NCBI GenBank assembly: GCA_051313645.2
Contig: JBNRSN020000016.1
Coordinates: forward strand, 34,410,001-34,474,000
Source of the DNA: Centroscyllium fabricii
Taxonomy: Eukaryota
Reading direction: 5' to 3'
DNA: 64,000 bases
In this document: in pieces, positions 35,223 through 46,520 of the stretch
Layout of the letters: the number at the start of each line of letters is the position of its first letter
How positions within the stretch are numbered: position 1 is the first letter of the stretch
Translations under genes and position numbers: made by a program
Notes under the pieces: generated by a model
Seen by the model: only the letters and a program-made list of their open reading frames with translations
The model's database searches: none
Told to the model about the DNA's origin: nothing

Positions 35223-36930
35223 TCTGAACAATGACCATGTATGTTTTCAATACCCTGTCGACTAATCTCCTCCATGGCCATAGCCATCCTCTCCAGCCTT
35301 ACCATGGAGGTAACCATCCTTTCCACGCAGGTTGCCATCCTTTCTGTGGTGATGCGTTCATGCGCCAATGACTCCACAAAGGCTCTGCTCATGTTTGCGA
35401 TGGGGTTCTCAATTCCCTCGACACTCGCAGCAACCCTGGAGCCAAAACCTGCCAGAGGCTCCTGCATCTGTTCCTGGAGTTCCAGCACTGCTGATCTAAT
35501 GGATGGACCCAGAGGCAAAGGGTCGACATGCAGCTGAGCTGAGAAGGCAGAGTCCTGCGCCCTCCGGCGAGGACTCTCTACTGCTGTCCCTGTCTCCACC
35601 ATCTGCTGATGCTCACTTGTGAGCTGTGATACACCAGGTGCCAACACTACTCTATCTCGCGATGTTCCCTCTGAGGTGTGATTGTCTGTGCTGGTGCTGG
35701 GTGCGCTGAACTCTGCTGATACTGCACCTTCAGAGGTTGCAGCTTCCTCTGAGGCGTCTGGAAGCTCAGGCTCTTCCTCCTGGACAGTGGGGATGGGGGC
35801 TTTCGATGGTCCTGTGGGGGAGTAAAGGAAAGAGTTAGAGATGTGAAGTCAAGGTTACATGAACATTGAATAGTGCAGATGATCATAAGTCAATCTTTTA
35901 AAGCATCAGATTCATTATCAGTGACTCATGCAATGTCACTGAGAGAGATACCAAACAATTCTGTCACCAGCTTGCTGCGATGTGCCCATCTGTCCATCCC
36001 CCACTTGGGAATCCTCCTCGATCCTGGTGATTTCCAGGGCCACCTCCTCCCAGGCGGTGAGCTGGGCTACTGAGGGTGGCCCTCCTCCTGTCATAGCTCT
36101 TTTTCTCTTAATGTGGGCTCTATTTTCCTGCAATGATGTACACAAGTGGAGTTTGAGTGAGAATGAAGGAGTGAGTGTACAGAATCCATAGCATTGATGC
36201 ATGGAAGGATACAAGGGACCCTCCCTGTGTGTTGAAAATTGCTGTTGTCATGGCATCACAGTAATAGGGTGTGTGAAGGCTGCATGGTCGAATAGTTAAA
36301 TGAATGTGACCTTAGAGAGAGAGGGGGAATGGGTAAGGGTGCAGGCATGTCAGTGTCAAATGGGATGTGGAGGAAGAGGTTGGCAAAGCAGAGTGCTGGT
36401 GATGAGAGGCAATGGGATCAGATTGTGGGTGATGGGAAAGTCATACTCACTTTTCCTGTGAGGAGAATGTCTTGAAACCTCTTCCTGCATTGCAGCCAGG
36501 TTCTGCGACTCAGCGAAATGGAGCTGACCTCCTGAGCCACTTGTAGCCACACAGCTTTTGTCTGCTGGGGTGGCTTTATTCTCCCTGGGAAGGGAACAGC
36601 ACCTCCTTATTGCATCTGGCACCGTGCACCATAGCTTGGAAGCAGGGCTTGTCAAATCGAGGAGCACACGTTTGCTTCATCGTGGATATTGTCAGGAAAT
36701 CAACTCCCGCTTCATACAATTTGCAGAGCCTTTGCAGTCTCCAGAAGAAGCAAGGCTGCTTGCAGGTCTTAAATCCAACAGCATTGATGACGTCATCGGA
36801 GGTGACTTTGTGTATGAAAAGACTACTTGGGCCAAAGGTTCCCACACGCTGGAAATCCATTGTCCAATTAGAGGAAAATCCCACTTTTTCAACATTTCAC
36901 TTAGGAGGCGAGGTCCTGACACGATTTCCA

Positions 36931-38103
36931 TTGGACAGGTTGGGTGATAGGGCGGCACGGTGGCATAGTGTTGCCTCACAGTGCTAGAGACACGGGTTCA
37001 AATCCAGCCTCGGGTGACTATCTGTGTGGAGTTTGCACATTCTCCCCGTGTCTGCGTGGGTTTCCTCCGGGTGCTCTGGTTTCCTCCCACAGTCCAAAGA
37101 TGTGCGGGTTAGGTTGATTGGCCAGGGTAAATTGACCCTTAGTGTTAGGGAGATTAAATATGTGGGGTTACGGGGTTAGAGTGGGATATGTGTCGGTGCA
37201 GGCTCGATGGGCCGAAATGACCTCTATCTGCACTGTAGGGATTCTATGATTCTATGATTCTATGATTGGGCAGAAGCATGGCAGGTGCAACATAATGTCC
37301 ATAAATGCAAGGTTATCCACTTTGGTGTCAAAAACAGGAAGGCAGATTACTATCTGAATGTCAAGAGATTGGGAGAAGGGGAAGTGCAACGAGACCTGGG
37401 TGTCCTTGTGCACCAGTCGCTGAAGGTAAGCATGCAGGTGCAGCAGGCAGTTAAGAAGGCAAATGGTATGTTGGTCTTCGTAGCGAGAGGGTTTGATTAC
37501 AGGAACAAGGATATCTTTCTGCAGTTGTACAGGGCCTTGGTGAGACCACATCTTGAGTATTGTGTGCAGTTTTGGTCACCATATCTAAGGAAAGATGTTC
37601 TTGCCATGGAAGGAGTGCAGTGAAGATTTACCAGGCTGATACCTGGGATGGCAGGAATGATGTATGAGGAGAGATTGGGTCGATTGGGCTTGTACTCGCT
37701 GGAGTTTAGAAGATTAAGAGGGGTCTCATTGAAACTTATAAAATTCTGACAGGTCTGGACAGACTAGCTGCAGGAAGGATGTTCCCGATGCTGGGGGAGT
37801 CCAGAACCAGGGGTCACAGTCTAAGGATAAGGGTTAAGCCATTTAGGACAGAGATGAGGAGGAATTTCTTTACCCAGAGAGCGGTGAACCTGTGGAATTC
37901 TCTACCACAGAAGGTCGTAGAGGCCAATTCATTAAATATATTCAAGAAGGAGTTGGATATATTTCTTAAGGCTAAAGGAATCAAGGGATATGGAGAGCAG
38001 GCAGGAACAGGGTACTGAATTTGGATAATCAGCAATGATCTCATTGATTGGCGGTACAAGCTCAAGGGGCCACTCCTATCTTCTATGTTTCTATGTTCCT
38101 ATG
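36931..38103 (+). mobile_element. CR1 3' part (V-SINE inserted near its 5' end)
   Basis: ORFs 37285-37623 and 37779-38018. Confidence 0.9.
36950..37265 (+). mobile_element. V-SINE, short (canonical) tail
   Basis: Ends GCAGGCTCGATGGGCCGAAATGACCTC...(ATTCTATG)n. Confidence 0.9.
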
Positions 38104-38162
38104 AAACGTCCCAGCCTGCCCGCACTGAGAAAATCCAGCGCAAAGTGAATGACATTTTTTAC

Positions 38163-38971
38163 GCCTCGATTTTCATTGAGCTGTGTAGTCAGGATTGGGG
38201 GCATGCGGGGGGTTAAAATCCTGAAATCAGGGGTCCCGACCCCATCCCGCACCCAACCCGCCTCCATGCCAGTTTCAAAGGAGGCGGGTACCCGCCCTGC
38301 ACTTGGACCCGCGTACCCAAGGCGGGAAGGGATTAGTGCCAATTAACTGCCTGTTAACAGTTAACAGGCAGTTTTTAGCCTAATCCCTATTTTAAACATT
38401 GAAGTGTGGGATTCCCGACGGCTCCAAACCATGCCAAGTTAGAGGAGTCGGGCCGTCGGGTTGAAGGACTTGGAGAGGTTGAGATGTCGGCGTTCAGGTG
38501 AGTGATGTGTGCATGAGTGCAAAGGTAAGTGTGTTTGGTGTGTCTAAAGTGATTAAAGAAGTTTTACTTACCTCCTTTTCAGCCTTCCTTCCTTTAAGTC
38601 CCGGGGGTCCCTCATCTCACCCGCACAGAATGCAGGATGGCTGCAAACTGTCAAAAGTGGCAACCTGCAGCTTTCTATGCAGGAGAGATTTTTAACTGAG
38701 TCTGTAGAGAAGGACTCATGTTAGAAGTAAGACTGTCAGTGTTTGACAGCTTCAAACAGCTGTGAAACATTTATATTTCATCTGTCAAAACCTCTTGACA
38801 GATGAAATTTCAGTCTGTGATGTCACCTGTTGCTGGGTGGCCCTTAATTGGCCTGCTGAGCGTCAATCAAGTTAAAATCGTGTGGATCGGCCGCATATCG
38901 ATGGAGGCGGGACTACAACCCGAATGTTTTAGTCCCGCCTCCTACCCGAATTCTAAATTAAAATCACCCCC
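38163..38971. mobile_element. Harbinger-type MITE family B
   Basis: Colinear with 61902-62738 and 60141-60987. Confidence 0.75.
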
Positions 38972-39012
38972 TTAATGTCCAAAATAAAGATTTAAATTAA
39001 ATAAAACTGGTA

Positions 39013-39452
39013 CAGGTTGAAGTTCTTTAATCCGGCACCCGAAAAACCGGCACCTTCGAACGTCCGGCAATAATTTCCCCGACTGCCCTACAAAATGGCC
39101 ACCGCGATCGATGCTTCGGCGAATGATCTGCGCATGCGCCGCCGAACGGCGAGCGCATGTGCACATCATTCACAATGGCCGAGCCGATCCAGAGCCAAGC
39201 CTGGCCACTGCGAGCCTCCCCGTGCCTGGCCACTGCGAGCCTCCCTGAGCCTGGCCGCTGCGAGCCTCCCTGAGCCGGGTCTCCCCGAACGATCAGCGCA
39301 TGCGCAGGCCACTCAAAATGGCCGCCGGCCTTTCGCGGCGGCCATTATGAATGGTCTGCGCATGCGCTCGCCGAAACTTCAATCGTTCGGGATTTTAACT
39401 TGTCCAGTACGGGCCTGGTCCTGCCCGTGCCAGATTAATGAACTTCAACCTG
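39013..39452. mobile_element. Tigger-like MITE
   Basis: TA|CAGGTTGAAGTTC.TTAATC...GATTAATGAACTTCAACCTG|TA. Confidence 0.88.
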
Positions 39453-39483
39453 TAGTAAGAACGAGGAGAGGCAATACAAACTA

Positions 39484-39898
39484 CAGGAAACTCTCGTTTA
39501 AATGGCACCTAAATATCCATAATTCTCTAATAACCGGCAAAATTCACACTCCGAAAACAACACCTCAATAACCGGAAATGTTGCCGAGTCCTGAGTCTCC
39601 CGCGGTGGCCGAGTTAGTCAGTTGGGGTAGTTCTCCAAACTGCCACTACTCGGCTTCTTGGCGCTGTCGGGAGCCTCTACCGATCTGAATACTTCAATAA
39701 ACGGAAATGTTGCCGAGTCCGAGTACATTTAACACAACATTCTGTAGGTGAGTACCTAATTATACTGCACGTTTCTTGATTTTTAAATTTTTGTTTGTTA
39801 AAAATAGCCTCGATAGATATACCTCTCCGTTATCTGGAATTTTTAATCAATCGGCACCATCTCGGTCCCATCGGTGCCGGATACAATAGAGTTTCCTG
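39484..39898. mobile_element. Tigger-like MITE
   Basis: TA|CAGGAAACTCT...AGAGTTTCCTG. Internal direct repeat of about 28 bp (GGAAATGTTGCCGAGTCCTGAGT at about 39574 and 39703). Confidence 0.78.
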
Positions 39899-40121
39899 AA
39901 TGATAAAGGGGGACAGAAACAGAGAGACCTGGGGGGTGTATGTACACAAATCTTTGAAGGTGGCAGGACAAGTTGAGAAGGCTGTTAAAAAGCTGATGGA
40001 ATCTTTGGCTTTATTAATAGAGGAATAGAGTACAAAAGCAAGGATGTTCTGCAAAACCTTCATAAAACATTGGATAGGCCTCAGCTGGAGTATTGTGTTC
40101 AGATCTGCGCACCACACCTTA

Positions 40122-40707
40122 AGGCCCTGTCACACCTAGACGTTTTAGCCAGCGTATGCAAATTTGGCTGAAACGCTGAACTTTTGACTTTTTTTCAGTT
40201 TTGGGCGTATAATAGCGTATTCATAACGTATGCATAACGTATTAGTAACGTACACAGAACGTTTCGATAACTTACAGATAACTTATACCAACGAATGCTT
40301 AGCGTGTTGTCGGCGTTCACAACTTATGCCCAACGATAGTCTAACGTATGCATAGCGCGCGGCAGCGTATCGCCGACGTTTTAGATAAATTTTGATACGT
40401 TGGCATCAAATCGTCAAGGTGTGACAGGGCATGACAGGGGCACAGGTAAAGTGTGTTCAACGTTCGCCTAACGTGCCTACAACGTATGGCCAGCGTATGC
40501 GGAACGTGTGAATCATACGCAGGATACGTCGAGATTTTTTGTGCATGCTCAAAAAATCTCGACTTACTCGAAGTACAACGACGTATGCAACTTATGCCCA
40601 GCGTATGCCCAGCGTATGCATAACGTACCCATAACGTATCCGACGTAACCCAGCGTTTTAGCCAAATTTGCATACGCTGGCTAAAACGTCTAGGTGTGAC
40701 AGGGCCT
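40122..40707. mobile_element. Young PIF/Harbinger MITE built from AACGTATGC-like repeats
   Basis: 57-bp TIR with one mismatch (AGGCCCTGTCACACCTAGACG...). TTA TSD at 40119-40121 and 40708-40710. Confidence 0.92.
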
Positions 40708-40845
40708 TTAGGAAGGATGTCAAGGCCTTAGAGAGGGTACAAAAGAGATTTACTGGAATGGTACCAGGGATGAGGGTCATCAGTTCTGTGGAGAGACTGT
40801 AAAAGCTGGGGTTGTTCTCCTCAGAACAGAGAAGGTTAAGAGGAG

Positions 40846-41877
40846 TACGATAGCAAATATACTGCAGATGCTGGAAATCCGAAATAACAATAGAAAATGC
40901 TGGAAAAACTCAGCAGGTCAGGCAACATCCGTGGAGAGACATAAAGGGGGGGATTTTCATCTCCCCGTGAGGCGGGGTTTTCGGCGGGTCGCCCGGTAAA
41001 ATAGCGGAACCAGCAGGTCGCGACCACCCCCGCCGGATCCCCGCTTCTTTCACATTTTCCCCCGCCCTATCCCCCCACCCCGAAACCTTCCCGCCGGCGG
41101 CCGGCGGGGAAGGTGTATCACCTCATTAAGGGCCCTTAATTGGCATGTGTAATGCCATTTTAAGGGCCCTTAGGAATTTTCACCCCCTTCCCACCCTAAC
41201 CCCGCCATTATTAAACCCCACTGGGTGAAACCCAACGGGAGCACAGTGATGTTCATAACTTTCTCCTTCAAAGTGCTGAAGGACCTGCAGCAAAATGATT
41301 CGCTCGCCTTCAGCACCCTGGAGGAGTAAGTTACTCCGTTGTGAGAACACCAGCTGTGGCCAAAAACTCAGAAATCTTCTCTTTGCACATTTCCTGACAG
41401 CTGCTGGCGAGCTGTCAAGATTCGGAGCCCGCCCGCCCACCTGTCAGTCACCAGCATTTGACCTTTCCCATTGGTTCCACTCGACTGTGATGTCACAGTG
41501 GAGTGTTTCCATGGGAACTGTCAACAACCAGGGCTGGAACTGTCTGTCAAGTTCCTGGCAGCCCGCCAGAACTCCGACTCGATTGATTCAATTACCAGCG
41601 GCTCCCCGCAGGCGGGGATGTAATTGGACAATTAAATGAAAATTGCGTGGGGGGTTCCCAGTTCTTTGGGCGGGCGGGACAGGAACCCGCCCCGACCAAT
41701 CCCCGCCAGGTTCCCGCACCTCCAGCAAAATCCCCCCCATAGAGTTGACGTTTCGGGTTCAGACCCTTTGTCAAGACTGTCTTGACAAAGGGGCTGAACC
41801 CAAAACGTCGACTCTATATTTCTCTCCACGGATGTTGCCTGACTTGCTGAGTTTTTCCAGCATTTTCTGTTGTTATT
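40846..41877. mobile_element. Fold-back Penelope terminus, interrupted by a family A MITE (40946-41738)
   Basis: 14-bp TSD AAGGTTAAGAGGAG at 40832-40845 and 41878-41891. The inverted arms meet at about 41778. Confidence 0.82.
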
Positions 41878-42136
41878 AAGGTTAAGAGGAGATTTGATAG
41901 AGCTGTTCAAAATCATGAAAGGTTTTGATAGAGTAAATAAGGAGAACTGTTTCCAGCAGCAAACGGGCCGGTAATCAGAGGACACAGATTTAAGGTGATG
42001 GGCAAAAGAACCAGAGGCGACATGAGGAAACATTTTTTTTACACAGCGAGTTGTTGTGATCAGGAATACGTTGTCTGAAAGGGTGGTGGAGGCAGATTCA
42101 ATAGTAACTTTCAAAAGGGAATTGGATAATTCCGTC

Positions 42137-42490
42137 TGCCGTCAATTGAATGCACCTACCTCAAACGTTGCCTACGGACGTCTCTGAACATTATTAAAGA
42201 CCCCACACACCCCAGCCACAGTCTGTTCGCCCCCCTGCCCTCCGGGAGACGCTACAGATCAATCCGCACCCGTTCGACTAGATTAAAGAACAGCTTCTTT
42301 CCCAGGGCTGTCAGCCTCCTGAACTCTAACAAAAAACTCCAGTACCTGCACACCTGAAAATGTACTTTACTGTATACAATTGTATGTAATTTATTTGCAT
42401 ACTCTCGGGAGCGGCGAGTCTTCGTTTCATTGTATTGTACTAGTACTCTGCAATGACAATAAAACTTGAATTGAATTGAATTGAATTGAA
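42137..42490 (+). mobile_element. Rex1/Babar 3' fragment
   Basis: Matches 23949-24300. (TTGAA)n tail. Confidence 0.88.
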
Positions 42491-43596
42491 AATACTTGAA
42501 CTGAAAAAAATTACAGGGCTATGGGGAAAGAGCAGGGGAGTGGGATTAATTGGATCGCTCTACCAAAGAGCCGGCACAGGCATGATGGGCCAAATGGCCT
42601 CCTTCTGTGCTGTATGATTCTATGAAAGCCATCAAAGAATGACATATTTCACAATAACATGAACGAATTTATTCAAAGGCATTTGTGCCTTTGAATATCT
42701 TCATTAAAGTTTTGTTACAAAGCTTCAGCCTGTCTCAAAAGTCAAGACTTTGATTGGATAATTTCCCCCAGAAAAATTGAAGGGAGTTAGTTATTGATCC
42801 CACCTGTGCAGTCTGAGCATTTACAGTGCGGAGAATTTCTCAGCATGCCTCATAGCATTCTCTCTCTGAAATGCAAGCTCAGTTGACTCATTCCACCAGA
42901 AGATTTCTATGTTTCTTTGTGTTTCAAAATTACTTGTAAATGATCTGCTGTAATTCAAGAAATCTCACATTTAAAACTATGCTTCTTCTAAATGTCATTG
43001 AGACAGCGAGAGAAAGAGAGTGAAAGAGAGAGAAAAACTCAGACAAACGTAGATAGAGTTAGATTGATTCGTTATTCTGAAGTATGTATTTTTCCTGTGT
43101 TTATTGCATTAAAAAGTTTAATCTGAAGATTTTCCTATTTTGCAGAGGAATTACATTTTGCAAGCTTTTCAAGGAAAGAAACTCCGCCCAATTGTATATT
43201 CCTATGTTTGTTTAGGATCCTGATGGTATAAACATACTAATTCATCACAGCTGGGTAAACAGCTTCTCTGTGCAGCCTGTGAAGACAGTAACAGTACACA
43301 TTGCACATTAAACGAAGTGTGAAGATAGCCTGGAGTCGGTGAGCACAGTTAGAAGGGCTTCAGAAGGGTCTAAACAGGTGGCAGAATGAGCAAGGAGAAG
43401 GGTGATGGGTGAGAATACAGTGACGGGTACTTGAGGACCTAACAGACTCTGGAACTCCCTCAGTACTGCCTTGCCCCGGTCTCCCAATACCCTGCAACCT
43501 TTTAATGCTCCTGGACTTCAGGCCTCAACTTACTCCAGTCCTGCTGGACTTCAGGGGATCCATCCCCACTGCTCCTGCACCCCAGAATCACCACCT

Positions 43597-44195
43597 GTTT
43601 GGCAAGATGGCGGCGCGTGTATACGCAGCGGCTTTGCGTCTCCGGAGTTAACGCTGTCCGCTGCAGTTCTGGGTCTGTTCGCTCGGAGAGGACGGCATGG
43701 TCGGCGAGGTGGTGTACCGGGGTCGGCGCGGTGGAGTTGTCGGAGCACCGGGGTGTCTGCGGTCGGAGTATCGGGGGCGCACTGAGGCCGGCATGGTCGG
43801 AGCGCCGAGGCCTTGAGGTCTGAGTATTTGGAGCCGGAGCCTGCGTGGTCGCTGAGGTCGGAGCGCCGGGCCCTGCGTGGTTGGAGCGCCGGGGCCTTGG
43901 TCGCCGAGGTCGGAGCGCCGGGCCCTGCGTGGTTGGAGCGCCGGGGCCTTGGTCGCCGAGGTCGGCGCGCCGGAGCCTGCGTGGTCGTGGCGCCGGAGGT
44001 CGGCGAGTTCGTAGTGCCGGGGCCTGCATGGTTGGAGCACCGGGACCGTCATGGAATGGAACAGACTAGGACTTCAGTAGAGGACATTTTGACATCTGCG
44101 TTGTTCTTGGGGGTTTGGCAAGAACTGCATTTCGTTGTATGGTGTTTGTTCGCTATGCAATGACAAATAAATTGAATCTGAATCTGAATCTGAAT
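43597..44195 (+). mobile_element. Non-autonomous Rex1-like retroelement with GC-rich minisatellite
   Basis: Starts CAAGATGGCGGCG and has tandem units of about 52 bp at 43790-44045. Ends GCAATGACAAATAAATTGAA(TCTGAA)n, like the Rex1 end GCAATGACAATAAAACTTGAA(TTGAA)n. Confidence 0.6.
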
Positions 44196-44377
44196 ATCCC
44201 TCCAAATGCTCACAAATTTTGGATTCCCCATCACAGTCTTCCCAAATCCTGGGTATCACTCAAAGTAACTCCTGATTCCAGGACTAGTGCTCCCAGATTC
44301 TGCATCGCTGCTCCCCATTGCTTCTAAAGCCCCTTGGAGATCCGCAATGCTCTTAGATGGTAGGAGCACCTCTCTAA

Positions 44378-45096
44378 TGCCCTAGTTTCACTGGAGGCTA
44401 CGAATTGCCGAATCGTGCCGATTGTGAAATTTGCCCGATTCGTGGGTCATTCTTGCAATTCGTAGTGGATTCGTAGTGGATTCGTAGTGGATTCGTAGCG
44501 GATTCGTAGAGTTCGCGGTAGTTCGCGGGAGTTCTTTGAGTTTTCAAGAAAGTTTTTGTTTGTCAAAAAATTTCGTGGGAGGGTTCACGAATGTCCAATT
44601 CGTGATAGATTCGTAAACAATTCGTGACCCATTCTTACCGTTCGTGACCCTTTCTTACCGTTCGTAACTGATTCGTAGTGGATTCGTAGTGCATTCTTGG
44701 CTATTCTTGGGCATTCTTGATTTTCTCAAATTCGTGGAAAAATGCCGAATTCACCACGAATGCCCACGAATGTCCACGAATGTCCACGAATGCACTACGA
44801 ATGCACTACGAATGCAATTCGTAGATAATTCGTAGCTAATTCGTAGAATTCGTAACTAATTTGTGGAGTTCGTAGTGGATTCTTAATTAATTCTGCATAT
44901 TCGTGAGTGATTCGTACCTCATTCCTACAATAATTCGTGATAGATTCTTAACCTTGTCCAGAATCGCCAAGAATTCACCAAGTATCACCAAGAATCAACC
45001 AAGAATTTTAGCATTTCTTGCAGAATCGCCAAGAATTTCGATTCTTGACGATTCTTGGGATTCTTGGCATTCTTAGCCTCCAGTGAAACTAGGGCA
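44378..45096. mobile_element. Young PIF/Harbinger MITE built from ATTCGTAG/ATTCTT repeats
   Basis: Perfect 23-bp TIR TGCCCTAGTTTCACTGGAGGCTA. TAA TSD at 44375-44377 and 45097-45099. Confidence 0.92.
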
Positions 45097-45309
45097 TAAG
45101 TCCCAAACGCTGGGAACCCTCAACCCCCCCACCAGTGCTCCCAGACCTTGGAATTGTCTTCCCAGTGTTGTCACACCACTAGACACCTGGAATGGGATTC
45201 AGTTCAGCTCTGATGCCCCACAATCAGGTAGCTACTCAATCTCATTTATGCATGACGAATGGCTGCTTATTGATGTCCTAGAACATGAGTGTACCTCAGC
45301 AAGAGTCAT

Positions 45310-46520
45310 ATAGAAACATAGAAATAGATGATAGGAGCAGGAGTAGGCCATTCGGCCCTTCGAGCCTGGTCCGCCATTCGATAAGATCATGGCTGATCAT
45401 CCAAACTCAGTACCCTGTACCTGCCTTCTCCCCATTTGCCTTGATACCTTTAGATCTAAGAAATATATCTAACTCCTTCTTGAATATATTTAATGATGTG
45501 GCCTCAACTACATTTTGTGGTAGAGAATTCCACAGGTTCACCACTCTCTGGGTGAAGAAATTCTTCCTCATCTCTGTCCTAAATGGCTTACCCCTTATCC
45601 TTAGACTATGACTCCTGGTTCTGGACTCTCCGACCATCGGGAACATTCTTACTGCATCTCGTTTGTCCAGACCTGTCAGAATTTTATAAGTTTCGATGAG
45701 ATCCCCTCTCATTCTTCTAAACTCCAGCGAGTTTAAGCCCAATTGACCCAACCTCTCCTCATACGCCATTCCTGCCATCCCAGGTATCAGCCTTAGAAAC
45801 ATAGAAACATAGAAACTAGGAGCAGGAGTAGGCCATTCGGCCCTTCGAGCCTGCCCCGCCATTCAATGAGATCATGGCTGATCATCCAAACCCAGTATCC
45901 CGCCCCTGCCCTCTCCCCATATCCCTCAATCCCTATCGAGCCTGCATCAACACATATCCCACCCTATCCCCGTAACCCCACATATTCAAACCCCCTAACA
46001 CTAAGGGTCAATTTATCATGGCCAATCAACCTAATCCGCACATCTTTGGACTGTGGGAGGAAACCGGTGCACCCGGAGGAAACCCACGCAGACACGGGGA
46101 GAATGTGCAAACTCCACACAGATAGTACCCGAGGCTGGATTTGAACCCGGGTCTCCAGTGCTGTGAGGCAACAGTGCTAACCACTGTGCCACCATGCCGC
46201 CCTTGTGAATCTTCGCTGAACACCTTCCATGGCAAGAACATCCTTCCTCAGATAAGGCGACCAAAACTGCACACAGTACTCAAGGTGTGGTCTCACCAAG
46301 GCCCTGCACAACTGCAGCAGGACATCCTTGTTCCTGTACTCAAACCCTTTCGCTACGAAGGCCAACATACCATTTGCCTTCTTCACTGCCTGCTGCACCT
46401 GCATGCTTACCTTCAGCGACGGGTGCACAAGGACACCCAGATCTCATTGCACTTCGCCTTCTCCCAACCTATTGCCATTCAGATAATAGTCTGCCTTTCT
46501 GTTTTTGACACCAAAGTGGA
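45310..46520 (-). mobile_element. CR1 3' part with co-oriented V-SINE (45794-46202)
   Basis: ORFs 46177-46428 and 45407-45862 are split by the SINE. Confidence 0.9.

Larger units (their letters stand above)
34092..38141. mobile_element. Degenerate PIF/Harbinger transposon with spliced Myb/SANT gene relic on the minus strand
   Basis: Minus-strand segments: MKQTCAPRFDK...KEVLFP and RRTWLQCRKRFQDILLTGK|GTGAGT (about 36680-36450); ENRAHIKRKRAMTGGGPP..LTAWEEVALEI (about 36130-35970); coiled-coil region 35240-35810. A Gln-rich plus-strand start at about 34610-34760 may be the transposase 5' end. Interrupted by Penelope, V-SINE and CR1. Confidence 0.7.
39455..42625 (+). mobile_element. Older CR1 3' part carrying a Tigger MITE, a Harbinger MITE, Penelope and Rex1
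   Basis: CR1 sequence resumes across each insertion. Tail GATTCTATG at about 42620. Confidence 0.8.

Noticed and set aside
35141-36884. Domesticated MSANTD-like host gene
   Set aside because: Frameshifted, and truncated by a Penelope insertion inside a transposon relic.
43130-43235. Acceptor TTTCCTATTTTGCAG followed by a short open stretch
   Set aside because: Weak donor, early stops and an unrecognised peptide.
43471-44163. Pro/Arg-rich ORFs
   Set aside because: Translation of a minisatellite.
40122-45096. CRISPR-like arrays in the two phased-repeat elements
   Set aside because: No unique spacers or cas genes; bounded by TIRs and TWA TSDs in vertebrate DNA.
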